From a virus: a DNA stretch of 35,434 bases. Below are positions 30,955-35,434 of this stretch, one piece after another. The stretch lies in the IMG/VR virus record IMGVR_UViG_3300009952_000004, one strand, 5' to 3'. Both the position numbers and the translations under genes were made by a program. Below the pieces are notes generated by a model that worked only from the letters and a program-made list of their open reading frames with translations, was not told where the DNA came from and did no database searches. The number at the start of each line of letters is the position of its first letter. Position 1 is the first letter of the stretch.

Positions 30955-31758
30955 CTAAAAAGGTAACTCGCCTTGATATTCATGCTCGATTGTGTTTCCT
31001 ACAATTCTAGTTTTTGAAGCTGAGTTCTTAACCCTCTGTCTTTCTTCTTCGTGTTCGTCCACTTGTTCAAGTGAGGTAAACCCTTTTTCTTTCCATTTCT
31101 CTAAAATTGCTTTTAGATAGTTAAAACTAGGTTGATGAACTCCCGAAGTAATTTCAATAGCACGGTTCAACATATCAAAACTCATTCCGTCAAGCCCTAC
31201 ATATTCAAGTAATTGTTGATGTTGTTTTTCGTTGATACGAATACCGCTGGTTTTTAGATTTTCAGATAAACTTGGACTGATAGTTTTATTATTATTATCT
31301 ATCTCTATATCTTTATCTATCTCTATATCTATCTCTCCGTTACGGTTTGTTACTTCGGTGTTACAATGTAACACTTTTTGACTATCTCTATGCTTGCGAA
31401 CCCTACGGGCGCTTGCAGTTTCACTACCTATCATCTCTGGAACTTGTTCTAAATTATATTGATAGTTATCTGAAGTTGTAAGTAGTTTTTTGTTTTCTAA
31501 AAAGATTAAAGCCATTCTGACTGCTTCGGCATCTTCGTCAATAAGTAGAGATAATTCTTCTGCTAAATCTTCGGCAAGTCCTTCAAAGAATATCTTTCCT
31601 TCGTCCGCTAAACTAACAAGCATGATTTTTAGATAGATGATAGTGATTTCTTCACCTCCGGGAAGTTTTCTCATCAACTTCATTTCTTTTGTTTTAAAAA
31701 AATCTTCTTTTAGTTGTAGCCAATAATATCTTCTATTCGCTCTTGTTATTTTTATCAT
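30955..31758 (-). CDS. Phage replisome organizer (N-terminal organizer domain plus DnaD-like C-terminus)
   Basis: The N-terminus YYWLQLKEDFFKTKEMKLMRKLPGGEEITIIYLKIML is typical of the family. It is the first replication gene after cro. Confidence 0.8.
   Translation of the reverse strand: MIKITRANRRYYWLQLKEDFFKTKEMKLMRKLPGGEEITIIYLKIMLVSLADEGKIFFEGLAEDLAEELSLLIDEDAEAVRMALIFLENKKLLTTSDNYQYNLEQVPEMIGSETASARRVRKHRDSQKVLHCNTEVTNRNGEIDIEIDKDIEIDNNNKTISPSLSENLKTSGIRINEKQHQQLLEYVGLDGMSFDMLNRAIEITSGVHQPSFNYLKAILEKWKEKGFTSLEQVDEHEEERQRVKNSASKTRIVGNTIEHEYQGELPF
31295..31338. repeat. Tandem 18-bp iterons (ttatctatctctatatct x2 plus a partial copy); candidate replication origin inside the organizer gene
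   Basis: Perfect copies lie at 31295-31312 and 31313-31330, with a partial copy at 31331-31338. They encode EIDIEIDKDIEID in the linker between the two domains. Confidence 0.55.
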
Positions 31759-31772
31759 CTCCTTTCTGTTTC

Positions 31773-31788
31773 GTTCTCGTTCGGGAAC
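31773..31788. promoter_or_regulatory. Distal operator-like site GTTCTCGTTCGGGAAC
   Basis: An imperfect palindrome (GTTCyC-N4-GrGAAC) differing by 1 nt from the site at 32024. It lies between the cro stop and the organizer start. Confidence 0.55.
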
Positions 31789-31998
31789 TTAATTTGTAAA
31801 AAAAATACCCAACTGGTCTTTAGTATAACCAAGTATAGTTGCAACTTTGATTAATTCATCTGCATCAAAAGTCACAAATCCGTTCTCACGCTTTGCATAT
31901 CGAGCACGGTCATTCCAACCAAGAGCCTTCGCCATGTCATCTTGTGTCATGCCTTTTGCGATACGCTCTGCTTTAATTCGTAAACAATCTAATTTCAT
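31789..31998 (-). CDS. Cro-like XRE-family repressor (first gene of the early lytic operon)
   Basis: 69 aa with the HTH MTQDDMAKALGWNDRARYAKRENG. It is divergent from the CI-like gene and has an AAAGGA RBS. Confidence 0.8.
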   Translation of the reverse strand: MKLDCLRIKAERIAKGMTQDDMAKALGWNDRARYAKRENGFVTFDADELIKVATILGYTKDQLGIFFTN

Positions 31999-32023
31999 AT
32001 TATGTCCTTTCTTTATTTTTTGT

Positions 32024-32039
32024 TCTCGTTTGGGAACAA
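32024..32039. promoter_or_regulatory. Operator-like site GTTCTCGTTTGGGAAC at the early-promoter start region
   Basis: The same 16-mer family as 31773. It covers the predicted transcription start of the minus-strand promoter. Confidence 0.6.
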
Positions 32040-32045
32040 TTAAAG

Positions 32046-32074
32046 TATATCATGCTCGTTCTCGCTTGTCAACA
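32046..32074 (-). promoter_or_regulatory. Early lytic promoter (TTGACA-17-TATACT with TG extension)
   Basis: On the minus strand, TTGACA at 32074-32069, a 17-nt spacer, and TGaTATACT ending at 32046. Confidence 0.75.
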
Positions 32075-32075
32075 C
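32060..32075. promoter_or_regulatory. Operator-like site GTTCTCGCTTGTCAAC overlapping the -35 of the early promoter
   Basis: It shares the left half cGTTCTCG with the other sites; the right half is degenerate. Confidence 0.5.
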
Positions 32076-32117
32076 TTTTTTTTAAAAAAATAACATTTAT
32101 TTTTAATTTCTTTTTAT

Positions 32118-32146
32118 TTGTACTTTTACGGGAACAGTGATATAAT
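32118..32146 (+). promoter_or_regulatory. Lysogeny (CI) promoter (TTGTAC-17-TATAAT with TG extension)
   Basis: TTGTAC at 32118-32123 and TGaTATAAT ending at 32146. A degenerate operator-like 16-mer (GTACTTTTACGGGAAC, 32120-32135) lies in the spacer. Confidence 0.7.
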
Positions 32147-32175
32147 AGAATAAAGATAAAAAAGGGGTGAGGAAA

Positions 32176-32532
32176 ATGAGAAACAATGCTGAAATAATAG
32201 AATTGATAAAACAAATTTGTAATGAAAAAGGAATATCTTTAAGTGAATTAGCTAGAAGAACTGGAATGGCGAAATCAGCAATATCAAGATATTTCAATTT
32301 AACAAGGGGTTTCCCTCTTAATCGAGCAGACCAATTCGCAAAAGCGTTGGGAGTAACTCCAGAATATCTTTTAGGAGTTGAGCCAGTAACAGAAAACAAA
32401 GAACCCGAATATACTTCATCCGACCTACGCAAAATGGCTGAAAATGCTAAAACATTCGACGGTAAGCCTTTGAATGAAGATGATATTGAAGCCATTCAAA
32501 ACATAATAGAAATATATCTAAATAAAAAATGA
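32176..32532 (+). CDS. CI-like XRE-family repressor
   Basis: ATG at 32176 follows an AAGGGGTGAGG RBS; the track uses an upstream GTG. HTH ISLSELARRTGMAKSAISRYFN. 4-nt overlap with the ImmA-like gene. Confidence 0.85.
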   Translation: MRNNAEIIELIKQICNEKGISLSELARRTGMAKSAISRYFNLTRGFPLNRADQFAKALGVTPEYLLGVEPVTENKEPEYTSSDLRKMAENAKTFDGKPLNEDDIEAIQNIIEIYLNKK

Positions 32533-32909
32533 GCATTGAAGACATTTGCCAAAAATACGGTGTCAAGATAGAATATTTTGATAACGACTTGTGGAATAGG
32601 AACGGCATCTATATTGACGAAATCAAAGTCGTGTTTGTGAGTAAGGACTTAGCACCCGAAAAGCAGAAACAAGTCATATTGCATGAGTTAGGTCATATAG
32701 ACCATACTGAAAGAGAATACCAAAATGCGCTGATAAGATGCGAAAATGAAGCTAATCGGAATATGATACATCATTTACTTGTAGATGCTTTAGATAAATT
32801 AGAAAATCCGTCTGATTTCAATTATCTTGACTTCATGAAATTTTATAATTTAAAAACCACGACTGATGAAGTCATGGTTATGGAAGAATACAAAGCGTTA
32901 TTAAATTAA
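32529..32909 (+). CDS. ImmA/IrrE-family zinc metalloprotease (repressor-cleaving antirepressor type)
   Basis: 126 aa with a HELGH motif, translationally coupled to the repressor gene. Confidence 0.8.
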   Translation: MSIEDICQKYGVKIEYFDNDLWNRNGIYIDEIKVVFVSKDLAPEKQKQVILHELGHIDHTEREYQNALIRCENEANRNMIHHLLVDALDKLENPSDFNYLDFMKFYNLKTTTDEVMVMEEYKALLN

Positions 32910-32958
32910 AAAAATGTGCAACAACTGAACCACAATAAAAGCTGTTAGGAGGGTTCTT

Positions 32959-33555
32959 ATGGAACAGGAACGTAAAGTTTTAGGTATTTTGGCTATTATT
33001 TTTGGGGGTATTGCCTTAATTGGCTCTTGGATGCCTATCATCAATAATTTATCTTTCATTATCGCTATTTTAGCGCTTATTTTAGGGGTAATTGGTCTAT
33101 TCGTTAATAAAAAAAGACCAAAAACTTTAGCTATTATTGGTACAGTTATAGCGGTAGTATCAATGGCAATTGTGCTTGGAACTCAAGCTATGTATGCTAA
33201 ATCACTTGATAACCTTAGTAAAGATATTGAAAAAACAACAATTTCAACAAGTTCATCAAATGAAACTTCAAAGAAAGAAGAAAAAACTAAGTTCAACTGG
33301 ACAAAAGAACAATTTGACGCTCTTAAACAAGGTGACATTATCAACAATGGCGCTGGCGGAACTAACTACGATGATGTCATTCGTGAACACGGTGAACCAA
33401 GCGATACTAACACAACCACAGTTAATGATCACGAAAACAAAACAATCTCTTATACTTCATTTGATAAAGGATTGAAGAGTGTTGTTTTATCATTCGCAAA
33501 ACAAGAGGATGGCTCTTTCCTACTCATCTCTAAAGTTGCAACAGGTCTTGAATAA
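32959..33555 (+). CDS. Three-TM surface protein of the lysogeny module (candidate superinfection-exclusion factor)
   Basis: 198 aa. It has three N-terminal hydrophobic helices, an S/T/K-rich linker, and a ~90-aa C-terminal extracellular-looking domain (FNWTKEQFDALKQGD...). AGGAGGG RBS. Confidence 0.7.
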   Translation: MEQERKVLGILAIIFGGIALIGSWMPIINNLSFIIAILALILGVIGLFVNKKRPKTLAIIGTVIAVVSMAIVLGTQAMYAKSLDNLSKDIEKTTISTSSSNETSKKEEKTKFNWTKEQFDALKQGDIINNGAGGTNYDDVIREHGEPSDTNTTTVNDHENKTISYTSFDKGLKSVVLSFAKQEDGSFLLISKVATGLE

Positions 33556-33575
33556 ATTTAATTCTTACGCTTTTT

Positions 33576-33625
33576 AAAATAAAAAAATCCCACGCTCTGA
33601 AAGTTTGGCGACTGCGAGCGTGAGA
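33576..33625 (-). terminator. Minus-oriented intrinsic terminator between the surface-protein gene and int
   Basis: On the minus strand, TCTCACGCTC...GAGCGTGGGA forms a 10-bp stem including one GU pair, with an 18-nt loop, followed by TTTTTTTATTTT. There is no U-run in the plus orientation. Confidence 0.55.
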
Positions 33626-33701
33626 TTATCTAGTATAAAAAACAACCATTAAAAAGGGCGTTTTCTTATACTCATTTTATCAAAAAGGGGGTGTAAAATC
33701 A

Positions 33702-35123
33702 ATGAAAAATACAAACAAAGTAGCTATATATGCTCGTGTTTCAACCGCAATACAAGCTGAAGAAGGATATTCGATAGACGAGCAGAAAGACAAGCTAGAA
33801 GCATACTGCAAAATTAAAGACTGGAAGATATACGATTTTTACATTGACGGCGGTTTTTCAGGCTCAAACACAAAACGCCCCGAACTTGAGCGCTTGATAG
33901 ATGATGCGAAAAGGAAAAGATTTGATATTGTGTTAGTTTACAAGTTAGATCGCTTGAGTCGTAGCCAAAAAGACACGCTATTTTTAATCGAAGACGTATT
34001 CTTAAAAAATGGCGTTGCTTTTATCAGCTTACAAGAAAATTTTGATACATCTACGCCTTTTGGTAAGGCTTCAATCGGTATGCTCTCAGTATTCGCTCAA
34101 CTTGAGCGTGAGCAGATAAAAGAAAGAATGATTTTAGGTAAAGAAGGACGAGCCAAAAAGGGTAAAACAATGTCATGGACGACTATTCCTTTTGGCTATG
34201 ACTATTCAAAAGAAACGGGTATTTTATCAGTCAATCCAACTCAAGCGCTTATTGTAAATCGTATCTATGAGGAATATCTAAACGGAAAATCAGTAGTTAA
34301 AATTATTAGAGATTTAAACAAAGAAGGACATATCGGACGAAAAAGACCGTGGGGAGAAACGATCACAAAGTATTTACTCAAAAATGAAACATATCTTGGT
34401 GTTGTGAAGTACCGAGGGCAAAAGTACGAGGGTCAGCATGAACCGATTATCTCTCAAGAATTATTTGACCTTGTGCAATTAGAACTCAAGAAAAGGCAAA
34501 TAGATGCCTTGAATAAATACAACAATCCAAGACCATTTCGGGCAAAATATATGCTTTCCGGATTGCTGAAATGTGGGTATTGTGGTGCATCATTGAGAAT
34601 ACACGTTACGCCAAAAGATAAAAACGGGCGCTCGTATCATAAATATCAATGTGCAAACCGCTTCAAGAAAGATACAAAATGTAAATCCGGCTGGTATTCT
34701 CGTGAAGAATTAGAAAACAACGTTTTGAAGCAGTTATCAAGAATTAAGTTAGAACCACAATATCGAAAAGAAACACTTGCAAAAAATGATGAAACAATGA
34801 AAGTCGAAGAAATAAAAGAACAACTGAAAAGACTGAATAACAGACTTGATAAGCTGACTGAATTATACTTAGACGAGATCATAACACGAAAAGAACTCAA
34901 TGCTAAAAACGAAAAACTAAAAACTGAAAAAGCGTTTTTAAAAGAACAACTAGAAAGCAAGAAAAAGAATACAATCAACTTGCGACAACGTAAACTTGCT
35001 AGACTTTTAAAAGATTTTAAACCCGAAAAATTAAGTTATGAAGATGCTTCAAAAATTGTAAAATCAGTCATAAATGAAATTGTTGTCACGAAAGAAGAAA
35101 TGATGATAACGCTAGACTTTTAA
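33702..35123 (+). CDS. int: Large serine recombinase (integrase)
   Basis: 473 aa. It has a resolvase-type N-terminus (VAIYARVSTAIQ...VYKLDRLSRS), a recombinase domain, a Cys-rich zinc ribbon (CGYCGASL...YQCANRFKKDTKC) and a C-terminal coiled coil. Confidence 0.9.
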   Translation: MKNTNKVAIYARVSTAIQAEEGYSIDEQKDKLEAYCKIKDWKIYDFYIDGGFSGSNTKRPELERLIDDAKRKRFDIVLVYKLDRLSRSQKDTLFLIEDVFLKNGVAFISLQENFDTSTPFGKASIGMLSVFAQLEREQIKERMILGKEGRAKKGKTMSWTTIPFGYDYSKETGILSVNPTQALIVNRIYEEYLNGKSVVKIIRDLNKEGHIGRKRPWGETITKYLLKNETYLGVVKYRGQKYEGQHEPIISQELFDLVQLELKKRQIDALNKYNNPRPFRAKYMLSGLLKCGYCGASLRIHVTPKDKNGRSYHKYQCANRFKKDTKCKSGWYSREELENNVLKQLSRIKLEPQYRKETLAKNDETMKVEEIKEQLKRLNNRLDKLTELYLDEIITRKELNAKNEKLKTEKAFLKEQLESKKKNTINLRQRKLARLLKDFKPEKLSYEDASKIVKSVINEIVVTKEEMMITLDF

Positions 35124-35140
35124 GGGTTTAGCGTTGTTTT

Positions 35141-35184
35141 TGTATTTTAGTCAAATTGATAATGATTAGTTAGACTAAAATACA
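35141..35184. other. Candidate attP core: 12-bp perfect inverted repeat TGTATTTTAGTC-N20-GACTAAAATACA
   Basis: It lies in the 135-bp gap between the convergent int and lysin stops. Partial symmetry continues into the spacer. The ~44-bp size fits serine-integrase att sites. It could also act as the int terminator, since it is followed by TTTT. Confidence 0.4.
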
Positions 35185-35195
35185 TTTTAAGCAAA

Positions 35196-35224
35196 TAAAA
35201 AAACCGCCAGCGATTGCCAGCGGT
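35196..35224 (-). terminator. Probable late-operon terminator after the endolysin
   Basis: On the minus strand, ACCGC-12 nt-GCGGT is followed by TTTTTTTATTT. The stem is short, so confidence is limited. Confidence 0.4.
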
Positions 35225-35258
35225 CTAGGTGTAATTAAATTTTTTGATTCTTTCTATT

Positions 35259-35434
35259 TTATTTAGTTGTGATGAGTCCGTCAGGCTCTACTGTGAACTC
35301 AGGCTTATCAGCCATGCGCCCGTCAGGGAGTAGCAAGTACCAGCCATTGTTGTATTGAACAAAGCAATTTGACTTCATATCGCCATTTGTTGCATCAAGA
35401 TAGTACCACTTATCATACCACTTAACCCAGCCAT
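35259..35434 (-). CDS. Endolysin, 3' part (last choline-binding repeats and stop); bases 35308..35434 duplicate 1..127
   Basis: The reverse translation ...[27 protein letters not shown] ends in stop TAA at 35259-35261. Joined to 1..839 across the overlap, it gives a 295-aa protein in frame. Confidence 0.9.
   Translation of the reverse strand, partial: GWVKWYDKWYYLDATNGDMKSNCFVQYNNGWYLLLPDGRMADKPEFTVEPDGLITTK
35308..35434. repeat. Right copy of the 127-bp terminal overlap (identical to 1..127)
   Basis: Direct comparison with the left end of the window. Confidence 0.95.

Larger units (their letters stand above)
1..35434. mobile_element. Complete temperate phage genome (siphovirus-type gene order), circular, unique length 35,307 bp
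   Basis: Full lysogeny, replication, packaging, head, tail and lysis modules are present. The window ends are an exact 127-bp overlap. An integrase plus a CI/Cro-type switch indicate a temperate lifestyle. Confidence 0.9.

Noticed and set aside
32103-32495. 130-aa minus-strand ORF antisense to the CI-like repressor gene
   Set aside because: It overlaps the well-supported plus-strand repressor and its promoter, has no RBS, and gives a low-complexity translation.

Overview
The window is one complete, circularly closed genome of a temperate siphovirus-type phage from a low-GC Gram-positive host. Bases 1-127 are identical to 35308-35434, so the unique circle is 35,307 bp. The linear cut falls inside the endolysin gene, which is missing from the ORF track because each half runs off an edge. 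All genes but four are on the minus strand. Reading the minus strand downwards from the genetic switch (about 32.0-32.2 kb): Cro-like repressor; replication genes (replisome organizer with internal iterons, DnaC-like loader); small ORFs; recombination and DNA metabolism (hexapeptide-repeat protein, zinc ribbon, RecT-like annealase, DUF1351-like, SSB, DNA methyltransferase, RusA-like, DUF1642-like, MazG-like, a frameshifted DUF3310-like gene); an ArpU-family late regulator; a 320-bp structured non-coding leader with a tRNA-like element; packaging genes (TerS, PBSX-type TerL, SPP1-type portal); a MuF/gp7 head-morphogenesis protein carrying a long C-terminal HEXXH domain, followed by a small ORF and two terminators; scaffold, major capsid, four neck proteins, major tail, G/GT chaperones (-1 frameshift), tape measure, Dit and Tal/antireceptor. 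The lysis cassette (membrane protein, phiLC3-type holin, Pal-type amidase with choline-binding repeats) is interrupted by a 600-aa fibre-like gene. The plus strand carries the lysogeny module: CI-like repressor, ImmA-like protease, a three-TM surface protein, and a large serine recombinase followed by a candidate attP. The choline-binding lysin suggests a mitis-group Streptococcus host (inference). The best candidate for an undescribed system is the MuF-HEXXH fusion with its small partner ORF. All family assignments come from motif recognition by eye, not from database searches.
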